From Patescibacteria group bacterium (GTDB lineage: Bacteria; Patescibacteriota; Microgenomatia; UBA1406; GWC2-37-13): 64,000 nt of DNA. Where the stretch lies: the NCBI GenBank assembly GCA_041660785.1, contig JBAZVQ010000001.1, positions 689,538-753,537 of the forward strand, written 5' to 3'. The position numbers and the translations under genes are program-made. Each line of letters starts with the position of its first letter. Positions within the stretch are counted from its first letter, which is position 1. A model generated the notes under the pieces. That model was not told the origin of the DNA. It worked only from the letters and a program-made list of their open reading frames with translations, and did not search any database. This document shows positions 34,882 through 44,200 of this stretch, in pieces.

Positions 34882-37038
34882 TTAATTAACTTGATACAAA
34901 GCCCCAAAGCCATTAGCAGACTTAAAAATTAACTTGGCAATTTTAGTCCATTTTTCTTCATTCAAATTAGGGTATTTTTGGCGTTCCAACCGCGAGATTA
35001 TCACATATTTTATTTGGTATTTGTTAATAAGCGACTTAGTTTCGTCAACGTCCTTTGATTCATAAAGGGAAACAACTTCCGGGATTCTTTTCCCAACAAT
35101 ATCTGACGATCCTCGCCATAACCATTCATGCACCCACCAACCAGCGACCGTTGGTAGCCCAGTGAAGGCGGAGATCCTTTCATAGTCAGTGTACGAGTCT
35201 CCTTGGGCCTCCAAGATGACCGGCTGTCCCTTTTCATTTTTATTTAAATAGTCAATAATTTCACTATCTTCTGGATAAGTCTGTTTTAACCAAGCCTGTC
35301 CATTAAGTTCAATAGGACGATTAAGTTGACCGTAATATGAAGGAACCGAAAAGAAAGGGTAGATAGACGGAAAGAGAATAAAAATAATAAAAATTGTTAT
35401 AAACATATAATAGACAATCGATTTTTTGATATTTTTTAACAAATAGAATGTGACAATTGAGGCGATCCCCATCATGGTAAAAGCCTGATAACCAAGCTTA
35501 AACATAGTATTGGCTCGGAAGTGTTGAGGATAAATGTCTTTGATGTAGAAGAATTCCGGAATGATGGTTAAGAATACGCTGAATGAAAATAATATCAAGA
35601 GAAAATTGTTCAATTGTTTCATTGTTCCATCGTTCCTCTGTAGGGGCGAATCCTGCCTGCCGGCAGGCAGGGCGTGATTCGCCCTTTTTTTAATATATAA
35701 AAATATCAAAAATGAAATCCAAAAAAATCCCCATAAAATAAAAAGCATCCAAATGGGAGATATTTGACAGTTACCCGCCTCGAAAATAAATGGTCCAATT
35801 TTGCCGATATCGGTCAGGAGTTTAGGAGCGCAGTTTACCCCTATACCACTGACAAACGGTTTAAAAAACCAGGAAAAAGGTAAAGAAAAAATGATAAACG
35901 AAGCAAATAAAACCGCCGTATTAATAACAAATTTCAATGAAAAACCATATATAAAAAAGAAAAGAATTAAAGTTAGCAAAATATAAATTGGGCCGTCAAA
36001 GGCATTGGTCATGTAGTGAATTGCAGCCATGAAACCGAGGAAAATAGTATTAAGTATTAAGTATTTAGTATTAAGTATTCTTGACTTATTTAATTTATTG
36101 GTAAAAAATATGAAAAGTAAGGCTAAAGTTAATAATACAAATGGAATATCAAACACATGTCCATGCAAATCCGCAACTACGTATGAATATGATGGAAACT
36201 CGTGAATCGTGAAAGGAATAAATCGGGTGGCATTGGGATACCAAATGGAGGCTGGATTAAATTTTGCGAGTATGGTCCAAAAAGGGATCGGCGGTTTTTC
36301 TGTCGGATAGCCGGTTGTAAAGAGATAAATAGTATACAGATTACCACCGAGATTGACTAAATAAGCTCCAATCAAACCATAGATTACAGCTTTGAATTGG
36401 TTTAATTTTTGATCATAGCGTTTAATAATATTGATGATAAGCGAAAATACTTGAGTCACTCCTTGAGCAAAAATGGTGGCGAGGATAAGATTATAACCAA
36501 TTGAAGCTTTAACGTTACTAAGTTTTATAAGTAGAGCGCCGGTCAGGTGACCAAAGTAATAATAATTAATTGATTCGAGGCTATACCAAATATCTTTTGG
36601 AGGAAAAAATTTAGTTCGCAGTATCGAATTTATAAATCCAAAATCCATAAATTTTTCCAAGCCATGAATAGAAGGTTCTTGGGAGCGGATGAAAGTCCAG
36701 AAGAAAAGACAAAATACGAATAATAATTCTTCGAAAAAAATAATTCGTAATTCGTATTTCGTAATTCGTAATTTTTTGTTTTTTATATAAATAACCCAAT
36801 TAATAATTGCAAAAAGGCAGAGAGAAAATATTAACCCAAGACGACTAAAAGGCAGAATTTTGACAATTCCTAAAACAAAAACAAAATAACTGAGCAAAAT
36901 AATTCCTAAAGTTTTTGCAAAAGGATAGCCAAAATCAAAGCTAAAACTTTTAAAGACCTTTTTAGTTAAGGGGGTAAAAACAATACCGATAACGAGTAAT
37001 GCTAAATACCATTGAAGCGTAATTAAAATCCAGTTCAT
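34882..37038 (-). CDS. DUF2298 / Chlor_Arch_YYY-domain polytopic membrane protein (GT-C-like)
   Basis: About 20 TM segments, INYYYFGH motif, soluble C-terminal domain. Carries three embedded repeat elements (listed below). Confidence 0.75.
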   Translation of the reverse strand: MNWILITLQWYLALLVIGIVFTPLTKKVFKSFSFDFGYPFAKTLGIILLSYFVFVLGIVKILPFSRLGLIFSLCLFAIINWVIYIKNKKLRITKYELRIIFFEELLFVFCLFFWTFIRSQEPSIHGLEKFMDFGFINSILRTKFFPPKDIWYSLESINYYYFGHLTGALLIKLSNVKASIGYNLILATIFAQGVTQVFSLIINIIKRYDQKLNQFKAVIYGLIGAYLVNLGGNLYTIYLFTTGYPTEKPPIPFWTILAKFNPASIWYPNATRFIPFTIHEFPSYSYVVADLHGHVFDIPFVLLTLALLFIFFTNKLNKSRILNTKYLILNTIFLGFMAAIHYMTNAFDGPIYILLTLILFFFIYGFSLKFVINTAVLFASFIIFSLPFSWFFKPFVSGIGVNCAPKLLTDIGKIGPFIFEAGNCQISPIWMLFILWGFFWISFLIFLYIKKRANHALPAGRQDSPLQRNDGTMKQLNNFLLILFSFSVFLTIIPEFFYIKDIYPQHFRANTMFKLGYQAFTMMGIASIVTFYLLKNIKKSIVYYMFITIFIIFILFPSIYPFFSVPSYYGQLNRPIELNGQAWLKQTYPEDSEIIDYLNKNEKGQPVILEAQGDSYTDYERISAFTGLPTVAGWWVHEWLWRGSSDIVGKRIPEVVSLYESKDVDETKSLINKYQIKYVIISRLERQKYPNLNEEKWTKIAKLIFKSANGFGALYQVN
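35644..35684. repeat. GC-rich nested palindrome embedded in frame in the DUF2298 gene
   Basis: GGGCGAATC CTGCCTGCCGGCAGGCAG GGCGT GATTCGCCC followed by TTTTTTT. Encodes ANHALPAGRQDSP on the minus strand. Confidence 0.8.
36046..36080. repeat. Heptamer tandem repeat (AGTATTA x5, third unit AGTATTT) inside the DUF2298 gene
   Basis: Read directly from the sequence. Encodes LNTKYLILNT on the minus strand. Confidence 0.8.
36742..36773. repeat. Heptamer tandem repeat (AATTCGT x4.5, third unit ATTTCGT) inside the DUF2298 gene
   Basis: Read directly from the sequence. Encodes LRITKYELRI on the minus strand. Same TTCGTAA family as 41191-41236 and 57287-57313. Confidence 0.8.
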
Positions 37039-37057
37039 AAGAAATTATTATATAATA

Positions 37058-39169
37058 ATGAACAATATTATGGATTCAAAATATAGCCCACAACTAGTCG
37101 AAGAAAAAATCTATAAAGAATGGGAGGAACAGGGTTTTTTTACGGCAAAAATTAATAAGGGGAAAAAACCATTTTCTATCATTCTTCCTCCTCCAAATGC
37201 TAACGGTAATCTTCACTTGGGGCACGCCATGTTTACTTACGAAGACATCATGATCAGATTTAATAAAATGATGGGAAAAGAAACTCTTTGGTTACTTGGT
37301 CTTGATCATGCAGGTACGGAAACTCAGTTCGTGTTTGAAAAATATTTGAAGAAACAAGGAAAGAGCCGATATGACTACAAACGGGATGAGCTTTATAAAA
37401 TGATCTGGGATTACGTGGCAGAAAATAAAATCAACATTAAGAATCAACTAAAACGACTGGGATTTGCTCTCGATTGGTCTCGCGAAAAATTTACCATGGA
37501 TCCGGCTATTGTAAAAATAGTTTACAAAACTTTTAAAGATTTGTTTGATCAAGGCTTGGTTTATCGAGCCAATAAATTAATTAATTATTGTACAAATTGT
37601 GGAACGTCATTTTCTGATTTGGAAGTAGTTTATACGGAAAAAATTGATTCACTATATTACATAAAATATCAGATTAAGGAAGGCGGTTTTATTGAAGTGG
37701 CAACGACCAGGCCAGAAACATTATTTGGAGATACGGCTATTGTAGTCAATCCAAAAGATAAGCGATACAAGGACTTGATTGGAAAAACTGCAATCGTGCC
37801 ATTTGTCAATCGGGAGATTCTGATAATAGCCGATTCTTCAGTTGAAATCAAGTTCGGGACGGGCGCTGTCAAAGTAACACCAGCTCATGATTTTAATGAT
37901 TACGAGGTTTCTAAAAGACATAATTTGCCAATGATCCAAGCGATTGGCTTTGATGGCAAACTAAACGAAATAACTGGTAAATATCAAGGGTTGAGAATCT
38001 TTTCTGGAAGGCAACAAGTGGTGTCCGACCTTCAAACGGCTGGGTTAATGGTAAAAATAAAAGAAGATTATGCCCATCGTGTTGGGACTTGCTACCGCTG
38101 TGGTAAGGTTCTTGAGCCTCTCCCTAAAGAACAATGGTTTATAAAAGTGAAGCCATTGGCTGACAAAGCAAAAGAACTGATTGAAAAAAAAGAAACTGAA
38201 GTTTTACCAAAAAGATTCAAAAAAAGACTGACTACGATATTGGATGATTTTATCGACTGGAATATATCCCGTCAGGTTGTTTGGGGGATAAGGATTCCGG
38301 CATATAATTGTCGGTCAACCGGCAAATGGTTTATTTCGACTGAAAAACCAGAAAAGTGTTTAATTTGTGGAAAATGTACTTCTGAGCAAGATGAGGACAC
38401 TTTTGACACCTGGTTTTCGTCTGCCCAGTGGCCCTTTGCAACTCTCAAGACGGAAGGAAAAGAATTTTACGATTATTTTTATCCGACCTCGGTTATGGAA
38501 ACAGGCCATGATATTTTAAGAGCTTGGGTAGCACGCATGATGATGATCGGCTATTTTTCTACAAAAAAAACTCCTTTTAAAACAATATTTCTGCATGGTA
38601 TGGTTAGGGACCCTAAAGGGCAAAAAATGAGTAAAAGTAAGGGAAATGTGATAGATCCGATCCTGATGATCGATAAATATGGCGCCGATGCCCTTCGAAT
38701 TGCCCTTATTTTTGGAACTAAAGAAGGGGGGGATGTGTCCTTGTCTGAACAAAAAGTAGTTGGAATGAGAAATTTTATCAATAAGATATGGAATATGGGA
38801 AGGTTTATTGAGATGAATCAAAATCAAAAATCAAATATTAAAAATCAAAATGACAAAGAAAAAATTAAAATTTTAAAAGATCTTAAGAAAGAGTTTGAAA
38901 AAGAAAAGAAGCAATATTTAAAATATATGGATTCTTATCAGTTTTCAAAGGCATTGGGGTTGGTGTATGAGTTTATTTGGCATAGGTTTGCCGATTATTA
39001 CATAGAGCAATTGAAAGATGAGGTAATTAATGGTAATATAGAAGCTCTCGGGAAACTAAAAGAAGTGTATCTGGAAAATTTAAAGATGCTTCACCCGTTT
39101 ATACCGTTTGTAACTGAAGAAGTGTGGAAAGTGTTTAATGGCGAATCTATATTATTAAATAAATTATAA
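37058..39169 (+). CDS. valS: Valyl-tRNA synthetase (short form, no C-terminal coiled coil)
   Basis: HIGH motif [18 protein letters not shown] motif KMSKSKGN, editing domain [12 protein letters not shown]. An alternative ATG lies at 37070. Confidence 0.93.
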   Translation: MNNIMDSKYSPQLVEEKIYKEWEEQGFFTAKINKGKKPFSIILPPPNANGNLHLGHAMFTYEDIMIRFNKMMGKETLWLLGLDHAGTETQFVFEKYLKKQGKSRYDYKRDELYKMIWDYVAENKINIKNQLKRLGFALDWSREKFTMDPAIVKIVYKTFKDLFDQGLVYRANKLINYCTNCGTSFSDLEVVYTEKIDSLYYIKYQIKEGGFIEVATTRPETLFGDTAIVVNPKDKRYKDLIGKTAIVPFVNREILIIADSSVEIKFGTGAVKVTPAHDFNDYEVSKRHNLPMIQAIGFDGKLNEITGKYQGLRIFSGRQQVVSDLQTAGLMVKIKEDYAHRVGTCYRCGKVLEPLPKEQWFIKVKPLADKAKELIEKKETEVLPKRFKKRLTTILDDFIDWNISRQVVWGIRIPAYNCRSTGKWFISTEKPEKCLICGKCTSEQDEDTFDTWFSSAQWPFATLKTEGKEFYDYFYPTSVMETGHDILRAWVARMMMIGYFSTKKTPFKTIFLHGMVRDPKGQKMSKSKGNVIDPILMIDKYGADALRIALIFGTKEGGDVSLSEQKVVGMRNFINKIWNMGRFIEMNQNQKSNIKNQNDKEKIKILKDLKKEFEKEKKQYLKYMDSYQFSKALGLVYEFIWHRFADYYIEQLKDEVINGNIEALGKLKEVYLENLKMLHPFIPFVTEEVWKVFNGESILLNKL
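38816..38858. repeat. ATCAAAA-type heptamer repeat embedded in frame in valS
   Basis: AATCAAAATCAAAAATCAAATATTAAAAATCAAAATGACAAAG encodes [14 protein letters not shown]. About 29/33 identical to 49226-49267. Confidence 0.8.
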
Positions 39170-39173
39170 AATT

Positions 39174-39308
39174 ATGAAAAGAACATGGCAGCCGAAAAAG
39201 GCAAAAAGAAATAAAGTTCATGGATTTTTGAAAAGAATGGCCTCAGCAAAGGGGAGATTGGTTTTAAAAAGAAGAAGAGGAAAAGGTAGAGCAAAATTAA
39301 CTGTGTAA
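39174..39308 (+). CDS. rpmH: Ribosomal protein L34
   Basis: Below the ORF-track length cutoff. [44 protein letters not shown]. Confidence 0.92.
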   Translation: MKRTWQPKKAKRNKVHGFLKRMASAKGRLVLKRRRGKGRAKLTV

Positions 39309-39365
39309 TTTCTAATTTCAAATTTTTAGTCAATTTTTAAACTTAATTTCTAAACATTTAATATT

Positions 39366-40169
39366 ATGCAATTCTTCAGTCAGTATATATTTGATCCTAT
39401 TTTTGCTCACCCTATTCAAAATCTTCTCGTCATGTTCTATAAGTTATTTTTATTCTTAAGGATTCCAGGAGCTTTGGGATTTGCGATAATTGCACTCACA
39501 GTATTTATCCGCTTGCTTTTTCAGCCTTTTTTTCAGAAACAGATAGAGACAGCCAAGAAAATGCAGGAATTGAAACCTCATTTGGACAATCTATCAGTCA
39601 AACATAAAAATGATCAAAAGCAGTTACAAGCTGAACAATTAAAGCTTTATCAACAGCATGGTATTAATCCAACTTCCGGTTGTTTGGTTATGATCATTCA
39701 ACTGCCGGTCTTTATTGCTTTATATAACACTTTGAACCTTTTCTTGTTAAGCGGACATACTGATAAGACGATTGCCACGATCAATAAAGTTTTGTATTTT
39801 TCTTTTCTAAAGATCGACACGATCAATTCCTGGTTTTTCGGTTTAGATCTGGTCAAATCCCCAAAAATGGCCGGTGCTTGGTATTATTTATTAATTCCAT
39901 TGATAACAGGAATTTTGCAATATTTTCAAGCTCAGGCTTCAATGCCTCCAGTTAGCACAACCAAAACAGTAGCAAAGGTTGATGATAAAGGCAAAAAAGT
40001 AGAGGGTCAGGGGGATTTCCAAAAAGCCATGAACACACAGATGAAATATATGTTCCCACTGATGATCGGTTGGTTCTCGTATTCGTTGCCTATCGGACTA
40101 GCTTTATATTGGAATATTTTTTCTATTATGGGTATAATGCAATACAAGAAAGTAAACTCAAAAAAATAA
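39366..40169 (+). CDS. yidC: Membrane protein insertase YidC (short form)
   Basis: TVFIRLLFQPF, KPHLDNL, QLKLYQQHGINP, CLVMIIQLPVFIALY. Synteny rpmH-yidC-jag. Confidence 0.9.
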   Translation: MQFFSQYIFDPIFAHPIQNLLVMFYKLFLFLRIPGALGFAIIALTVFIRLLFQPFFQKQIETAKKMQELKPHLDNLSVKHKNDQKQLQAEQLKLYQQHGINPTSGCLVMIIQLPVFIALYNTLNLFLLSGHTDKTIATINKVLYFSFLKIDTINSWFFGLDLVKSPKMAGAWYYLLIPLITGILQYFQAQASMPPVSTTKTVAKVDDKGKKVEGQGDFQKAMNTQMKYMFPLMIGWFSYSLPIGLALYWNIFSIMGIMQYKKVNSKK

Positions 40170-40286
40170 ATTCTTAATTTAAAATTTTTAATTTTTAATC
40201 AATTTTAAATGTTTAAAAATTTAAATTTAAAAATTAAGATTTGAATAAAAATTTCAAATTTAAAATTAAAAATTAATTAAAACAAT
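40170..40286. repeat. AT-only heptamer-periodic spacer with hairpin potential
   Basis: CTTAATTTAAAATTTTTAATTTTTAA ... TTAAATTTAAAAATTAAG inverted arms. Similar TAATTTC TAATTTC AAATTTT units occur at 39309-39365. Confidence 0.5.
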
Positions 40287-40742
40287 ATGGACAAAATAGC
40301 TACAATCAAAACCGAGACGGAAGAGCTTTTGGGGAAAATGATTACTAAGTTTGAAGTAGAAGTTGCTGATGATGGTGGAGTTTTTCAGGTGATAATTAAA
40401 ACTGATGAAGAAGTTTCAACTGTGATTGGTCGACACGGAGAAACGATCCGAGCCATCCAAAAAATATTGGAAGTAATTCTTTATAAAAAATTTAATGAAA
40501 GGGTTGAGATCTTGGTCAACGTCAACGACTTTCGAGAAAAGCAAAAAGAAAGATTAGAAACGATGGCGCGTGAATATGCCGACCAAACTAAAGAAACTGG
40601 AACAGCTGGATACATAAGATCACTTTCATCTTATGAGCGAAAATTGATCCACGAATTTATCACCGCCAACTATCCAGAACTGACGACTTCGTCTGTTGGA
40701 GAAGGTAGAGAGAGACAGTTGGTTATTGAGGTTAAGAAATAA
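40287..40742 (+). CDS. jag: Jag/KhpB-type RNA-binding protein (KH + R3H domains)
   Basis: GRHGETIRAIQ (KH GXXG) and the R3H region ERKLIHEF. Confidence 0.85.
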   Translation: MDKIATIKTETEELLGKMITKFEVEVADDGGVFQVIIKTDEEVSTVIGRHGETIRAIQKILEVILYKKFNERVEILVNVNDFREKQKERLETMAREYADQTKETGTAGYIRSLSSYERKLIHEFITANYPELTTSSVGEGRERQLVIEVKK

Positions 40743-40798
40743 TACGAATACTGCGAATAAAGAAATGCGAATATAGCAAATTATGCTCATATTTGGTT

Positions 40799-41185
40799 AT
40801 GGGGAAAATCATATACCCAGAACTTTCGTATACTATTAATGGAATTTTGTTTAAAACGCATAATACGTTGGGAAAAAATTGTAGTGAAGGCCAATACTCA
40901 GATTTTGTTGAAAAACTTCTTAAAGAATCCAATGTAAAATATGAACGCGAAAAAATACTTCCGCCAATTTTTGATGGAGAAAAGTCAGGGAGAAATAAAG
41001 TCGACTTTTTAATCGATAATAAAATTATTTTAGAATTAAAATCAAAAAAAGTTATTTCGAAAGACGATTATTATCAGGTAAAAAGATATTTGACAACGTT
41101 AAGTAAAAAATTAGGAATAATAGTTAATTTTAGGTCTTCATATATCTATCCAAAAAGAATTTTAAATTCTTCAGCGAAAGAATAA
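40799..41185 (+). CDS. GxxExxY-family protein (PD-(D/E)XK nuclease fold)
   Basis: YPELSYTINGILFKTHNTLGKNCSEGQY ... VDFLIDNKIILELKS ... NF. ATG 40799 preferred over TTG 40793. Confidence 0.8.
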   Translation: MGKIIYPELSYTINGILFKTHNTLGKNCSEGQYSDFVEKLLKESNVKYEREKILPPIFDGEKSGRNKVDFLIDNKIILELKSKKVISKDDYYQVKRYLTTLSKKLGIIVNFRSSYIYPKRILNSSAKE

Positions 41186-41190
41186 GTTTT

Positions 41191-41236
41191 TATTCGCATA
41201 ATTCGTAGCATTTGCATAAATTCGTAGATTCGTATT
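41191..41236. repeat. ATTCG(C/T)A repeat block, inverted relative to block 40742-40790
   Basis: TATTCGCATAATTCGTAGCATTTGCATAAATTCGTAGATTCGTAT downstream, versus ATACGAATACTGCGAATAAAGAAATGCGAATATAGC upstream of the GxxExxY gene. Confidence 0.65.
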
Positions 41237-41278
41237 TTATGAGTTGTTTAGCTTGCCTAAAATTGATATATTTTTAAT

Positions 41279-44200
41279 ATGGATGCCAGTAACTCGCCCG
41301 AACAACAAAATAATCAACAGCAAGCCAGAGAAGCAGCTAGTCGTATAGCCGCTGAAGTCAGGGATAGTAATAATGCACGATATGCTGCCGTCGATAAGAT
41401 TTCAAATGATGCGGAAAGACAAAGACAAAGAGATCTTTTGGACGCAGAGATATCAAATAGTATTAGAGCGAGAATGAGAGATCAAATTGCTCGTGATAAG
41501 GCAGACGTAGGTACGACTGACAGCCCGGAAAACATCAAAGCAAAAGCAGATGATGCAAAAAGATCGCTTCTTGAAATTAAAGATTTAAATGAAAAAAATA
41601 GGGTCAACGTGGTTGATAGAAGGTCCCAGTTTTTGTTAGATAAAATAGTTGAACAAATAAAAAATGGCGAAATCACCGATCAGGGTGTCCTAGACGTTGA
41701 ACGAATACTTGGTAAACATCTGATTGACGGAATAGTGTTTTCACAGCCAGGTGAACAAATGAGTGATTTCGAAAAAGACCTAAAAACCTATTATGAAATA
41801 AACCCGATCGCAGCAACTCCTCTCGTGAGAAATTTATTACAAAATCCTGAGACTTATGGTTATGGGGACCCTAAAAGTTTATCTGATAAAATTAGTCCTT
41901 CAAAACAGGAAGAAACTCCAACTGAACAGGAAGATGATCAAAAAAATAAACCGCAAAAAGAAATGACTGAAGCGGACATGGATATGCAGCGCTTTCAAGC
42001 TGATTATCAATACTATCAAAACCGCTTTACAAACGAACAGTTGAAATTAATATCAGCTTTTTATTCGCCTGAAGCGATTGTCAACTATATGGAAAAGTTG
42101 AGTATCGGTGACGATCAAGATAAAAGTTTTCTAACAACACAACAAGTCAAGGAGAGAAAAGAGCAATTAAAAAAAGATATTGAAGAATATTATCAGAAAA
42201 ATAACAAAACATTTGAGCCAGGGAATAGTTTGGAAGATCAGGTTGAAAAACATTGGGGAGAAGAAGTATCAGAAATGATGAACTGGAGAATGTCAGATAT
42301 TGTCAATCAACTATTTTTGGAACTACAACAGAAGTCGCCGCATAAATTTTATGAGCAGATCATGCAAGAAGATATTTTTACAGGACCTTCCATGATCCAA
42401 AAAAAAATCCAGACGGCTATTAACGCGTTGATGACAAGGGTCGATCAGCTTGAAGGAAAAGACGCAAATAGTACCGAATTGACTCAAAGGATGGCAAAAC
42501 TTCAGTTATATAGATATGCGACCAAAGGGCATGAAATCGAGGAAAGAAGCGATGATCCAAATGACAAAAACAAAAAGATATATCCAAGAATTAAACCAAT
42601 TCCTTATGGTGAAAAAATCAATTTAGGCGTATTTATTGAATATGTAAACATGACAATTGATCAGACCATCCACAAAACCGAATATTTTCACAACGCTCGC
42701 GCAATATATAAACATCCCCCCGGTGAAAAAGGATTTTATCAAAAACTGGGAGATTTTGCTGAACAGCTTCAGGGAACCGATATCGAAGAAATTTTGATGT
42801 TACCGGATGGTCAATATGTATTGGAAGCATATCAACTTTACGAAAAAATGCTCCAGGAAGATTTTGCTCAGATGGATCATCGTCACCGGCCGGATCAATT
42901 GACCAATAAATTGGAACGGGTTAACAGTGAAATTGAAGAAGAGGTGATTGCACAGTTAATAAAATTTTATCCCGATCTGTCAAGACAAAGAGTAAAAAAT
43001 ATTGTCAATAACGCAGTCGGAGTTAGTCGTGGAATGTTTTTGACCGAAGCAGAACAGTCAGCGTATGCCGATCCAGTTGATTCGGAAGGAAAAGGAATGG
43101 TCGCTTCTTACTCGACCAACGATGCCGGATCCTTAAATGCTTTCAATCCGATGCACACGATCATGAGATGGCAGGGAGAACATAATTTTAATGCAATGTA
43201 TTTTATGCCAGTTAAGGGAGAATCAGGACCATGGGATCACCGTAAAGCCTGGAAAAATATGCAAAAATATATGGACTCATTTTATGTTGGTAAAGGTCGA
43301 GGAGTGGGCAAAAATGGTCTTCCGGAAGAAGTATTTGCAGATTCGATGATGAATATAGGAAAGATCGGTGGACCGGGGATAAGAAAAGGCTGGAGGATGA
43401 AACAAGCGCTTGAAGGTCATTTTGTTTATGATGACGATGGTACTATTGACGCTCCTAATACTTTTCAGGCAATGGAGGCGATCGGTTATGAGGCGCTCTA
43501 TAATTTTGTGAATTTGAAACAGGCAGGACCAGGTCTAATGAAAGCAACGGAAAAAATCAACCCAAAAGAGTTAAAGGAAAGAAAAAAGCTTTTTACATAT
43601 ATTTATAAAAAATATTTTTATACTGGTGACTCTCAAGATTTTCAGGAATCGGAATTTGACAATTATATGACGGAATTACAAAAAAAAGGAGAAGAAAAAG
43701 CCTTAAAAGCAATGAAAGGTGAGGTTAGGGGAAGGGAGAATGAAAAGGGTTCCCTGTCAGCCGGTAGTTGGGAAGAACAGGTAGCCTACGAAACTTCCCA
43801 AATGTTTTTGGAAAATATGTTGGCTCATTATACTGCTGCCAGGATGCCGACTAAATTTTTAAGAATTGATAAAAATAGACTACATAAAGATGGTATTGGC
43901 AATTGGGAGCGAGTCTGGAGAGAGTTTAGAGATAGAAAAGACAATCCATGGCAACGTAAGGATTTCGATCATGTTATGAAAGATTTGGGAACCGCCGAAA
44001 TGCTTTTACGACGGCAGATAGGAAAAATAATTAGAGATCAAATAAAATTTGATAAAGATTGGACCTTGGATAAGATAGATGAGATCAGAGATCTCCCGCA
44101 TAGGTTAACCTCCAACAAAATCAGGGAGCTACTTTCTGAGAATTCATCGGAGAACCCAAATAGAGAAAATAAAACTTTTAAAAATAAAGATGAAATTGAT

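Noticed and set aside
36046-36773. Heptamer tandem tracts and ATCAAAA tracts, considered as CRISPR arrays or minisatellites.
   Set aside because: Units are 7 nt with no spacers, arrays are under 90 nt, and no cas genes are present. They are reported as mini-repeats instead.
38608-38620. GGACCCTAAAGGG in valS resembles the loop of the ligase hairpin repeat (31100-31129).
   Set aside because: It encodes the conserved DPKG just before KMSKS, and there are no flanking AAGGTCCG/CGGACCTT arms. This is coincidental codon usage.
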